Assembly: GCA_004321885.1 (NCBI GenBank)
Contig: SCQK01000014.1
Span: 1-64,000 of the forward strand
Direction: 5' to 3'
Source: Patescibacteria group bacterium
GTDB lineage: Bacteria; Patescibacteriota; Patescibacteriia; Magasanikbacterales; GWA2-37-8
DNA length: 64,000 nucleotides
The notes below the pieces were generated by a model. It was not told the origin of the DNA, ran no database searches, and saw nothing but the letters and a program-made list of their open reading frames with translations. Below, piece after piece: positions 16,677 through 25,526 of this stretch. The position numbers and the translations under genes are program-made. The stretch's first letter is position 1. The number at the start of each line of letters is the position of its first letter.

Positions 16677-17075
16677 ATGTCCAAATTCGCGGAAAAATTT
16701 TGGGGGGTGATGTTGAGCAAAAGCGTGTTGATTATCCTACAAATTTTATTGTGGATAGTAGCATTTGTTTTAATTTATTCAAGGATCTCTGGTGAATTAA
16801 CGCAACCCCTCGTATCTTTGCAAGTTTTTGTAATTTTTGTTTATTTATATCCGCTTAGTATTTTAGTATTCTTCAGCATGTTCAGTGCTGATTTTTCGCA
16901 GGCATCTGTTCTTCTTTTACTGGCTTATTATTTTTTGATGGTCTATTCCTTAACGAAGATAAATAAAGAGACTAGGTACAAAAAATATTTTGCATTTGCT
17001 TATTTACTATTTATGGTTTTGAGTTTTATAGGAGTAATTATATCTTATTTATCTCTCAATTTTGTTAGTATTTAA
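16677..17075 (+). CDS. Small polytopic membrane protein, hypothetical
   Basis: Four hydrophobic helices; start overlaps the upstream stop by GTATG. Confidence 0.5.
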   Translation: MSKFAEKFWGVMLSKSVLIILQILLWIVAFVLIYSRISGELTQPLVSLQVFVIFVYLYPLSILVFFSMFSADFSQASVLLLLAYYFLMVYSLTKINKETRYKKYFAFAYLLFMVLSFIGVIISYLSLNFVSI

Positions 17076-17078
17076 AAT

Positions 17079-18413
17079 ATGAGAATTTTAACAACGGAAA
17101 CGACAAAGAAGGTGGGGGAGGAAGTAATGTTAAAGGGCTGGGTGAACGCGCGCCGAGACATGGGCAAGGTGACGTTTTTGGATTTGCGCGACCGCAGCGG
17201 CGTGGTGCAAATTGTTTGCTTTCCGGCGGACCTGGACGAGCAGTCGCTCGCCATCGCCAAAGAAGCGCGCGGTGAATGGGTGCTGGAAATCCGCGGTATT
17301 GTGAACAAGCGCGGGGTCAAACAAATCAATCCTAATCTCGCCACCGGCGAAGTAGAAGTGCTGGCTAAGGAAATACAGGTTTTGGCCAAAGCCGAGGCCC
17401 TGCCCTTGGATTTGGCGGAAGAAAAAATCGGTTTGGACGTGCATCTGGATAATCTGCCTTTAACTTTACGCGCGCCAAAGTGGAGAGCCCTATTCAAAAT
17501 CCAATCCGAAATCGTGGAAGCCTTTCGCGCGTTTTTGCGCGGACAAGGGTTTACCGAATTTCAATGCCCCAAAATCGTGGGCGGCTCCACCGAGGGCGGC
17601 GCCAATGTTTTTAACATTGATTACTTCGGCCACAAAGCGTTTCTGGCCCAAAGCCCGCAATTTTACAAACAAATAATGACGGGCGTGTTTGAGCGCGTGT
17701 TCACGGTCGGTAATGTTTATCGCGCCGAGGAGCACGCCACCACGCGCCACATCAACGAATACACCAGCATGGACTTGGAGATGGCCATGATTAAAGACCA
17801 TACAGATGTGATGAAATTGGAAACGGAATTTTTGCGCTATCTGCTTGAGTATTTGAAAAAGACCGTATCCGAAGAATTGAAAGCGTGTAATTACGAAGAG
17901 CCGCTCTTACCCAAAGAGATTCCGGTTTTTACTTTGCGCGAAGTACAGAAACTTATCAAAAAACACACCAAGGTTGACCACATCGCCGAGCCGGATTTGG
18001 AACCGAACGAAGAAAGATGGATTTGCGAGTACGCCAAAAAAGAATTGGCTTCGGATTTTGTTTTTGTCACGCATTATCCGACCGCCAAGCGCCCGATGTA
18101 CACCTATCCGGATGAAAAAGACCCGGAAACGACCAAAAGTTTTGATTTGCTTTTTAAGGGCGTGGAAATCACCACCGGCGGCCAGCGCATTCACGATTAC
18201 CAGCAGCTTTTGGGCAACATCAAAAAGTGGGGGCTGAAGCCGGAAAATTTTTCTTTCTATTTGGAAGCGTTCAAATACGGTATGCCGCCCGAGGGCGGGC
18301 TGGCTATCGGGCTGGAACGGCTCACCGCGCGATTACTGGGGGTAGAAAATGTAAAAGAGGCGACATTGTTTCCCAGAGATTTGAACAGAATTGACTTACC
18401 GTTATCGTCGTAA
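17079..18413 (+). CDS. aspS: Aspartyl-tRNA synthetase, short archaeal/eukaryotic-type form
   Basis: N-terminal OB-fold GWVNARRDMGKVTFLDLRDRSG and class II core motifs (FKGVEITTGGQRIHDY, GMPPEGGLAIGLERL); ~440 aa length. Confidence 0.85.
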   Translation: MRILTTETTKKVGEEVMLKGWVNARRDMGKVTFLDLRDRSGVVQIVCFPADLDEQSLAIAKEARGEWVLEIRGIVNKRGVKQINPNLATGEVEVLAKEIQVLAKAEALPLDLAEEKIGLDVHLDNLPLTLRAPKWRALFKIQSEIVEAFRAFLRGQGFTEFQCPKIVGGSTEGGANVFNIDYFGHKAFLAQSPQFYKQIMTGVFERVFTVGNVYRAEEHATTRHINEYTSMDLEMAMIKDHTDVMKLETEFLRYLLEYLKKTVSEELKACNYEEPLLPKEIPVFTLREVQKLIKKHTKVDHIAEPDLEPNEERWICEYAKKELASDFVFVTHYPTAKRPMYTYPDEKDPETTKSFDLLFKGVEITTGGQRIHDYQQLLGNIKKWGLKPENFSFYLEAFKYGMPPEGGLAIGLERLTARLLGVENVKEATLFPRDLNRIDLPLSS

Positions 18414-18447
18414 TTGGAAATTGGTCATTGGAAATTTTAAATGTATG
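18414..18447 (+). promoter_or_regulatory. Family C motif TTGGAAATTGGTCATTGGAAATTTTAAATGTATG (direct repeats of TTGGAAATT flanking GGTCA), ending in ATGTATGTTT
   Basis: Shares the TTGGTCATTG core and the ATGTATGTTT start context with 43187..43228. Confidence 0.4.
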
Positions 18448-18729
18448 TTTTCCTCCTTGCAAAGAAATATTTTGAGAGAATGTTGCGGCGCCCCGAAGGG
18501 GGCCCTTCGGGCCAAGGGGGCGAAAGTTGACCGCAAAGTTTTTGACAAGCTCCGGCCGGTAAAAATTGTCACTAAAAGTTTGGAGCGGCTGATAGACAGG
18601 GGAGACCTGGTGGGCTATGGCGTGCGCACGCCGAAGAAATGGTTTATTAAAGAAGTGAAAGCGACCAGGCAGGGCTTGAAGGACTGGGTCAAGTTCATGG
18701 CCAGCAGACAAAAGAGATTGCCGTTGTGA
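18445..18729 (+). CDS. Hypothetical small basic protein (uncertain)
   Basis: Lys/Arg-rich ORF between aspS and scpA; the first ATG is 18445 and the track start 18391 is TTG. It overlaps GC hairpins at 18481..18520, so it may be non-coding. Confidence 0.3.
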   Translation: MFSSLQRNILRECCGAPKGALRAKGAKVDRKVFDKLRPVKIVTKSLERLIDRGDLVGYGVRTPKKWFIKEVKATRQGLKDWVKFMASRQKRLPL

Positions 18730-18731
18730 TT

Positions 18732-19460
18732 ATGCTGGAATTTAGACTGCCCCGACGTAAAGTCGGGGTCCCGACCGAAGCGTCGGGAGAAAAATTTGAA
18801 GGGCCGCTGGATTTGCTTTTGCAGTTGATTGAACAGGAAGAAATGAACATCAGCGAAGTGTCGCTGTCAAAAATTACCGAACAATTTTTTGTTTATCTGG
18901 ACAAGCTGGAGCAGGGGCGCTCGGAAGAATTGGCGGATTTTTTGGTTATCGGCGCCAAGCTGGTTTACTTGAAATCCAGACAGCTCTTGCCGGTTTTGCA
19001 TCCGGAAGAAGACGACGGCCCGTCCTTGGCCGACCAGCTCAAAATGTACAAGCAGTATGTTGAAGCGAGCAAGAAAATAAACGAGCTGTGGGAAGCGGGT
19101 AAAGTATCTTATGGGCGAATGGAGCCGCCGGTAAAGGCCCAAGGGTTTACGCTTCCGGCCAATGGCTGGCAAGACGACCTGTATCACGCGATGCATGAAC
19201 TGGTAAAGCGCTTGAAGCCCATAGACCCTTTGCCGGCCGCTACCATTGATTACAACGTGTCGGTAAAGCAGAAGATAGACAGCCTACGTTCGCTGTTAAA
19301 AAAAGGAAACGGCGTAAATTTTGTCCGGCTTTTGTCCGACGCCAAGAACAAAACCGAAGTGATAGTAAGTTTTTTGGCCGTGCTGGAATTAGTGAAAGAA
19401 AAATGGGCAAGCGTGAAGCAAAAAAACGCGTTTGGGGAAATGGTGGTTGAAAAAGTATGA
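18732..19460 (+). CDS. scpA: Segregation and condensation protein A (kleisin)
   Basis: LDLLLQLIEQEEMNISEVSLSKITEQF is the characteristic ScpA N-terminus; a GTG start at 18726 is also possible. Confidence 0.8.
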   Translation: MLEFRLPRRKVGVPTEASGEKFEGPLDLLLQLIEQEEMNISEVSLSKITEQFFVYLDKLEQGRSEELADFLVIGAKLVYLKSRQLLPVLHPEEDDGPSLADQLKMYKQYVEASKKINELWEAGKVSYGRMEPPVKAQGFTLPANGWQDDLYHAMHELVKRLKPIDPLPAATIDYNVSVKQKIDSLRSLLKKGNGVNFVRLLSDAKNKTEVIVSFLAVLELVKEKWASVKQKNAFGEMVVEKV

Positions 19461-19990
19461 TTGCAAAAATAGAAACAATTTTATTTGTCGCCTCCAAGCC
19501 GCTGGCGGTAAAAAAAATCGCCAAGGTTTTGGGCGCCAAAGAAGCGGAGATAAAGCGGGCGCTGGAGGAGCTTTGTTCAAAATACAATCATCCGGCGTCC
19601 GGCATAGCCATTTTGCGCAACAACGACGAATGGCAGATGGTTTCCAATCCGGATAATCGCGAAGCGGCCGAGGAATTTTTAAAAGCCGAGGTCTCGGGCG
19701 AGCTGACGCGGCCGCAGTTGGAGACCCTTACCGTCATCACTTACTGCGGGCCCATCACCAAGCCCGAGCTGGAGCAAATCAGGGGAGTCAACTGCGGCAT
19801 AATTTTGCGCAACCTGATGATACGCGGACTGGTGAAAGAAACCGAAGACAGCGCGAATCTCTTGCCGTCTTATGAAGTAACAATGGACTATTTGCGGCAT
19901 TTGGGCGTGGTTAGCGCGGCCGAGTTGCCGGACTATGAAATTTTACACAAGCATGAAAATGTAAGCGGAATTTTGAATCAAGAAATGTGA
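19457..19990 (+). CDS. scpB: Segregation and condensation protein B
   Basis: IETILFVASKPL...GPITKPELEQIRGVN winged-helix pair; ATGA overlap with scpA. Confidence 0.8.
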   Translation: MIAKIETILFVASKPLAVKKIAKVLGAKEAEIKRALEELCSKYNHPASGIAILRNNDEWQMVSNPDNREAAEEFLKAEVSGELTRPQLETLTVITYCGPITKPELEQIRGVNCGIILRNLMIRGLVKETEDSANLLPSYEVTMDYLRHLGVVSAAELPDYEILHKHENVSGILNQEM

Positions 19991-20979
19991 AACAAAAACT
20001 AAAAGAATTCTTGTTTTCCTATGGCCTGATAATCGCAGGCGTTTTTTTGCTTTTCGTCAGCACGCTCACTCTCGCCATTCCTTCCGAAGAAAATGAAAAT
20101 CTATCGCTGTTTAAGTTTCCACCCTACTCGGTCGCTTCCATCGGCGGCGATTTTTTCTCCCAAAAACCGCCTGTGCCCTTAGCGATGAATTCTTCCACCT
20201 TTGACGCGACCATGACGGCGTTTTCGGCTGTGGCCATGGATTTTGACAGCAAAGCCGTGCTGTTTTCCAAAAACGCGCGCGAAGCCCGCCCCCTGGCCAG
20301 TGTCACGAAACTCATGACCATGATGACTCTTTTGGATTTGCCCATTGACTTCTCGCGCACGGAAACAATTACCGAAGCGGATTCTGCCGGCGGCGACCAT
20401 CATTTGCAAACAGGCGAAAAATATTCTTTGGAGCAATTGTGGCAAGTGGCGCTGGTCGGTTCGTCAAACGTGGCCATCAACGCGTTGGTGCGCGCCAGCG
20501 GATTGAGCACGGAAGAATTTGTGGCAAAAATGAACAAAAAAGCCGGGGATTACAAATTGTCATCCGCTGTTTTCGTGGAGCCGACCGGATTGTCGGCGCA
20601 AAACATAGCCAGCGCTTTTGACGCGGCCAAGCTTCTGCGCGAATCATTGCGCTACGAGAAAATTTATCAAACTCTGCGCCTGCCCGAATACGCCGGGCGC
20701 ACCAAAGAAAAGGTTTGGAGCACCAACTGGCTTTTAACCGGCTGGATTCCGAATGATTTCGCCAGGGGAGATATTATCGGCAAGACCGGTTATATCCCGG
20801 GCTCGCGCTATAATTTCGCGGGCAATTTTATAGATGAAAAAGGGCGTTCACTTGTGACTGTGGTTTTGGGCGCCGATGCCAATGAAAGTCGTTTTACCGA
20901 GGCGCGCGATTTGGCGGATTGGGTTTTTGCCAATTATTTATGGCCGCGAGACGCGGGGTACGATGAGTTGGCGCGATGA
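19987..20979 (+). CDS. D-alanyl-D-alanine carboxypeptidase (S11 PBP5-like)
   Basis: SxxK active site in ASVTKLMTMMT; N-terminal TM anchor; GTG start overlapping the scpB stop. Confidence 0.75.
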   Translation: MKQKLKEFLFSYGLIIAGVFLLFVSTLTLAIPSEENENLSLFKFPPYSVASIGGDFFSQKPPVPLAMNSSTFDATMTAFSAVAMDFDSKAVLFSKNAREARPLASVTKLMTMMTLLDLPIDFSRTETITEADSAGGDHHLQTGEKYSLEQLWQVALVGSSNVAINALVRASGLSTEEFVAKMNKKAGDYKLSSAVFVEPTGLSAQNIASAFDAAKLLRESLRYEKIYQTLRLPEYAGRTKEKVWSTNWLLTGWIPNDFARGDIIGKTGYIPGSRYNFAGNFIDEKGRSLVTVVLGADANESRFTEARDLADWVFANYLWPRDAGYDELAR

Positions 20980-21210
20980 GGAGAAAAGTGATATAATATA
21001 TTGGAGATTTGCTATACAAATTTATGCTCAAATCCGTCCAGCTCAAACTGGCAAAGATAAAATACAGCGGCGATTCTATCGGAGATGACATTAGCGCGGC
21101 TGCATGACTATTATTGAAGTCAAGCGCTGGATGGAAATTTATGACGCTCTTATCAAAGCGCGCAAGGGCGATTTTATGAGCGTCGGCGTGCTGGAAATTG
21201 TGGATTAAGT

Positions 21211-21738
21211 ATGAGTTTTGTACGGCGTCACAGAGCTAAAGCGGTTTTTGCGCTTCTCGTGGCTATCATTGCCGGCGTCGGCATTTTTATTTGGCAAAAA
21301 TATCCTTTTGGCGTGAAGCAATACTATACCATTAAACTTGGAATGCCGGCCGCGGAAGGAGCCGGGAGCCGTACTCTTTGGAAGGAGCCGCTTTTTAATA
21401 AGGTATGGGAATCACAGTTTTATGTGTACGTGATTAATGACATTCCAAAGTGTATTGGTTCAAGTTGTGAACTTGGAGGAAAGTTTATTGAATGTCTCGG
21501 CGGCTGGATTTCGGCTTATAATATCGTAACAGAAGAATTTGATTATGGTCTTCGTGACGCTGGAGCTGACATGAGAAAATCCGTTATCACTATTGCCGAC
21601 AAAGACGCTAAGATAGTCGGCATTTATCCGGGCGCGCGTGTCAAAAATCTGCCGTATATTATGCGTAATCATCGTGACCTCGTGTCGGAGGAAGTATTTA
21701 ATGGGTGTTCGGGTGAATTGCCAGGGAGGTGGAAATGA
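21211..21738 (+). CDS. Hypothetical membrane-anchored protein
   Basis: N-terminal TM (AVFALLVAIIAGVGIFIW) followed by a Cys-containing soluble domain. Confidence 0.5.
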   Translation: MSFVRRHRAKAVFALLVAIIAGVGIFIWQKYPFGVKQYYTIKLGMPAAEGAGSRTLWKEPLFNKVWESQFYVYVINDIPKCIGSSCELGGKFIECLGGWISAYNIVTEEFDYGLRDAGADMRKSVITIADKDAKIVGIYPGARVKNLPYIMRNHRDLVSEEVFNGCSGELPGRWK

Positions 21739-21741
21739 AAT

Positions 21742-22920
21742 ATGCGCACTGTTAGGGACATCAAAAATTGGCGTGGGAAAAGAGCGCTCTTGCGGGCGGA
21801 TTTTAACGTACCCGTGGAAAAAGGGAAAGTAAAAGACGATTTCAAGATTCGCAAGAGCCTGCCCACTATAAAATATCTGCTTGCGCAGGGCGCCAAAGTT
21901 GTTTTGGTTTCCCATCTCGGCCGGCCAGGTGGCGTGGATAGAAAATTTACGCTTGAACCGGTGCGAAAAAGCCTGGAAGCCTTGCTTCAAGAAAAAGTCG
22001 GCTTGATAAAAATGAAAAAGCCGGAAAATTATTTTCGCGAGGCGGCCGCTGAAATTGATAAATTAAAAAACGGCAGGGCGCTTTTGCTGGAAAACATTCG
22101 CTTTTCCAAAAGTGAAGAAGAAAACAAAAATGATTTCAGCCGCAAGCTTTCCGAGTTGGCCGATATTTTTGTTTTAGACGGTTTCGCCGTGGCGCATCGG
22201 GACGCCTCTTCGGTATCGGGAGTGGCGCGCTATTTACCGGCCTACGCCGGCCTGCTTTTGGAAGAAGAAACGCGCGGATTGAGCCGGGTGGTGGAGGGCG
22301 CTGTTAAACCTTTTGTGCTGGTACTAGGCGGTGCAAAAATGGAAACCAAAATTCCGGTGCTAAAAAATTTAATGAGCCAGGCCGACCATATTCTTATCGG
22401 CGGGGGCATTGCCAACACCTATTTTTGGGCCAGGGGCTATGGCGTAGGCGCGTCTTTAGTTGATAAAAAATTCAAAGAAGAAATTTTGCGTTTGGGCGCC
22501 AGGGAAAAAGTGGTTATGCCAATAGACGCTGTGATTGGTTTAGAAAACGGCAAAAACGCGCAAGTTGTCAAAATGGCTCAGGGTGTTAAAATAAAAAATA
22601 GCGAAGGCATTTTTGATATCGGGCCAGCCACCATTCGCCTGTACGCGCGCTTTATAAAAAGCGCCAATACATTGGTCTGGAACGGGGCTATGGGCTATTT
22701 TGAAAAGCATCCGTATCAATACGGCACCGATGCCATCGCGCGACTGGTGGCGTCTCGCAGCAAAGGCAAAGCGTTTGGGGTGGCTGGCGGCGGTGAAACA
22801 GTGGAAGTGATAAGAAAGCTGGATTTGGCGCGCGACATTGACTTGGTTTCCACCGGCGGCGGAGCCATGCTGGAATTTCTGGCCGGCAAACAGTTGCCGG
22901 GCTTGAAAGCATTGAAATAA
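21742..22920 (+). CDS. pgk: Phosphoglycerate kinase
   Basis: RADFNVP...VLVSHLGRP N-terminal signature; GGGAGGTGG Shine-Dalgarno upstream. Confidence 0.9.
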   Translation: MRTVRDIKNWRGKRALLRADFNVPVEKGKVKDDFKIRKSLPTIKYLLAQGAKVVLVSHLGRPGGVDRKFTLEPVRKSLEALLQEKVGLIKMKKPENYFREAAAEIDKLKNGRALLLENIRFSKSEEENKNDFSRKLSELADIFVLDGFAVAHRDASSVSGVARYLPAYAGLLLEEETRGLSRVVEGAVKPFVLVLGGAKMETKIPVLKNLMSQADHILIGGGIANTYFWARGYGVGASLVDKKFKEEILRLGAREKVVMPIDAVIGLENGKNAQVVKMAQGVKIKNSEGIFDIGPATIRLYARFIKSANTLVWNGAMGYFEKHPYQYGTDAIARLVASRSKGKAFGVAGGGETVEVIRKLDLARDIDLVSTGGGAMLEFLAGKQLPGLKALK

Positions 22921-22926
22921 TATTTT

Positions 22927-23667
22927 ATGTTAGACAGTCTGATTCTAAATAAAAAGTCCATAGAGAGTATTTATAAAACTGTCAAAGATTTTCACGAAAA
23001 ATATTTGAAGAAGTTTGGCGTAAAATTGCCAAAACTATACAATTCCGGCGGAAAATTTTCTAAAGACGCGCTCGTTCTGGTTTATTTGACGTATGATTAT
23101 CCAAAAACAAGAAAAGTTTCAAAAGAAGAACTGACAAAATTCATAAGAAGCCACTATCCGGACACAAATGACGTACAGCAGGCCAGACATTTGGGGGCGC
23201 AAGCTGGCTGGTGGATAGTGGCCGGCGGGCGAGATAATATCGTTTTGGATATAAAGCGAGGATATTATCAACTTTATACCCTGGAGCAGCCTTACCCGGG
23301 ATTTAAGAAAGGCCATAGAATTTTAGAAACCGATAATTGGGCCGAAATAAAAGAAAAATACAATTTCCGTTGCGCCACTTGCGGTTCGCAGGAAGGGAAA
23401 CCCCATTTTCATTGGCCGGCGACAAAAACAATTTTGCAAAAAGCGCATATGGACCCAAACAAGCCGTTTGTTGCCGGAAATATAATCCCGCAATGTCAAA
23501 AGTGTAATATGGGCGATAGAAACAGGTGGGTTTATGATGATAAAGGAAGGGTTATAAAATTAGCAGATGCAAATTTTGTTAAAAATTTTGATAAGGATGT
23601 AAGGCAAAAAATTTACAAGATTTTATACAACGAATTTAACGGAAAAAAACCTAATTCCAAAAGATAA
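22927..23667 (+). CDS. Candidate HNH-family type II restriction endonuclease
   Basis: C-terminal CATCGS...HFHW...QKAHMDPNK...NIIPQCQKCN is a CxxC/H/N/CxxC HNH (beta-beta-alpha-Me) pattern; it sits immediately upstream of and co-oriented with a DNA MTase. Confidence 0.5.
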   Translation: MLDSLILNKKSIESIYKTVKDFHEKYLKKFGVKLPKLYNSGGKFSKDALVLVYLTYDYPKTRKVSKEELTKFIRSHYPDTNDVQQARHLGAQAGWWIVAGGRDNIVLDIKRGYYQLYTLEQPYPGFKKGHRILETDNWAEIKEKYNFRCATCGSQEGKPHFHWPATKTILQKAHMDPNKPFVAGNIIPQCQKCNMGDRNRWVYDDKGRVIKLADANFVKNFDKDVRQKIYKILYNEFNGKKPNSKR

Positions 23668-23670
23668 TTT

Positions 23671-24669
23671 ATGAAAAATAATAAGTTCATAAATAAAATT
23701 ATTTGTGCGGATACGTTAGAATTACTTCCCCAAATTGAGGATAATTCTATTGACGTTGTTTTGACCGACCCGCCGTATTTTTTGGACAAGCTGGATAATA
23801 ACTGGGATTACGAAAAAGTCTCCAATCAAAACAATCAATATGCTATAAAATCTTTGCCTGCCGGCATGAAATTTGACAGAGAGCAGGGGAAAAGATTTTA
23901 TGCTTGGTATTTAGATATTTCAAAAGAAATTTTTAGGATTTTAAAACCGGGTGGATTTTTCTTTTCATTTTCCAGTCCTCGGCTTTACCACCGAATGGCT
24001 TCGGCAATAGATGACGCAGGTTTTGAAATAAGAGACGCGTTTATGTGGCTTTATACTCAAAATCAAGCCAAAGCGATGGGCGTTGATCATTTTATTAAAA
24101 AAATGAATATAGACGAAAAGGCCAAAGAAAAAATCAAGGAAAAACTGAATGGCTGGAAAACCCCGCAAATAAAATCCTGTTTTGAACCAATCGCAATGGC
24201 GCAAAAACCCGCCGACCAGACATATTTAAGTAATATGTTGAAGCACGAAGTGGGTTTGTTTAACACAAACGTGCGGATTGGCGATAATATGTATCCGGCA
24301 AATGTTTTTACGATAGAAAGCATCAACGAACTAGTAGATAAAGCGTTTTTATTGCCAAAACCGACAAAGAAAGAAAAGGGAGAATACAACGACCACAAAA
24401 CCGTGAAGCCGTTGGCTATTTGCGAATATTTAATTAAACTTTCCGCTTTTGCAAAAAACGCGGTTGTCCTTGATCCGTTTGTCGGCAGCGGGACAACCGC
24501 GGTGGCGGCAAAAAAATTGGGTAAGAATTATATTGGCATTGACGCGAACGAGAAATACGTGGAACTTTCCGAGCGCCGGCTGAAAGATTTGGATGAAAAA
24601 CAGGATTTATTCCAGATTGTTGAGAGAGAGAAAATAAAAAATTTACAAATGGAATTACAAGTTTTATAA
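23671..24669 (+). CDS. DNA methyltransferase, beta-class amino-MTase (DPPY)
   Basis: Motif IV VVLTDPPYF near the N-terminus and motif I FVGSGTT near the C-terminus. Confidence 0.85.
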   Translation: MKNNKFINKIICADTLELLPQIEDNSIDVVLTDPPYFLDKLDNNWDYEKVSNQNNQYAIKSLPAGMKFDREQGKRFYAWYLDISKEIFRILKPGGFFFSFSSPRLYHRMASAIDDAGFEIRDAFMWLYTQNQAKAMGVDHFIKKMNIDEKAKEKIKEKLNGWKTPQIKSCFEPIAMAQKPADQTYLSNMLKHEVGLFNTNVRIGDNMYPANVFTIESINELVDKAFLLPKPTKKEKGEYNDHKTVKPLAICEYLIKLSAFAKNAVVLDPFVGSGTTAVAAKKLGKNYIGIDANEKYVELSERRLKDLDEKQDLFQIVEREKIKNLQMELQVL

Positions 24670-24685
24670 ATTAATTTTTAACTAT

Positions 24686-25522
24686 ATGCCAAAAATAAAA
24701 ACAGGGGCGGCGGAGGCGCCGGAAGAAATTAGAGAAATTTCGGCGCGAGAGCGCCAGCATTATTGTTGCGGCGCCGGCTTTGGAAAAAAAATAATCATGA
24801 CCCTGCTGGGCGTGCTCATCGTGTACGCGATATTTTTCCTGGGCACGGTGGTGCGCAACAACATACGAAAATATAATTTTATCGGCAAGGCCGATAAGAT
24901 GGAGCGCACTATTTCGGTGAACGGTTATGGAAAAGTAACGGGAAGCAACAATTTGGCCGTGACGACAATCGGTTTTTCCAACGCCGATAAAGATATTGCC
25001 CTGGCCCAGCAAGCCAATAAAAAAGTGATGGACGCGGCGCTCGCCGAGCTCAAAAAATTGGGCGTGGATGAAAAAGATTTGCAGAGCGATTACTCGGTTT
25101 ATCCGGAATATGATTATACCGAGAAGGTGAAGCAATTTAAGGGCTATCGCGTGTCGCATAATGTGACAGTCAAGATTAGAGACCTGACTAAAGTGGATAA
25201 AGTTTTGGGACTGGCCGGAAAATACGGCGTCAACGAGATTAGCGGTTTGACGTTCACCATAGACGATGTGGAAAGCTTAAAAGACCAGGCGCGCTCCAAA
25301 GCCGTGGCTGACGCGCAAAAGAGGGCGCAAGTATTGGCGCAAAGCCTGGGCGTGAAGCTGGTAGCCATGATTTCCTACTATGAATCTTCCGGCGATTATC
25401 TGCCGCTGATGAAGTACGGCGCCGAAGGAATGGGAGGAGGGGGAATGATGCCCGAAGTGGCCAGCGGCAGCAAAGACGTGGTCGTAAATGCCAGCGTTAC
25501 TTACGAGATTGCCCCACGATAA
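24686..25522 (+). CDS. SIMPL-domain (BP26/OMP28-like, DUF541) membrane-anchored protein
   Basis: The TM anchor is followed by ISVNGYGKV...DIALAQQANKK...VSHNVTVKIRDL...ARSKAVADAQKRAQVLAQSLGVKL, typical of the SIMPL family. Confidence 0.65.
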   Translation: MPKIKTGAAEAPEEIREISARERQHYCCGAGFGKKIIMTLLGVLIVYAIFFLGTVVRNNIRKYNFIGKADKMERTISVNGYGKVTGSNNLAVTTIGFSNADKDIALAQQANKKVMDAALAELKKLGVDEKDLQSDYSVYPEYDYTEKVKQFKGYRVSHNVTVKIRDLTKVDKVLGLAGKYGVNEISGLTFTIDDVESLKDQARSKAVADAQKRAQVLAQSLGVKLVAMISYYESSGDYLPLMKYGAEGMGGGGMMPEVASGSKDVVVNASVTYEIAPR

Positions 25523-25526
25523 AAAT

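Noticed and set aside
17072-17801. Minus-strand ORFs 17072..17497, 17130..17444 and 17490..17801
   Set aside because: They lie antisense within aspS, whose product has unmistakable class II synthetase motifs.
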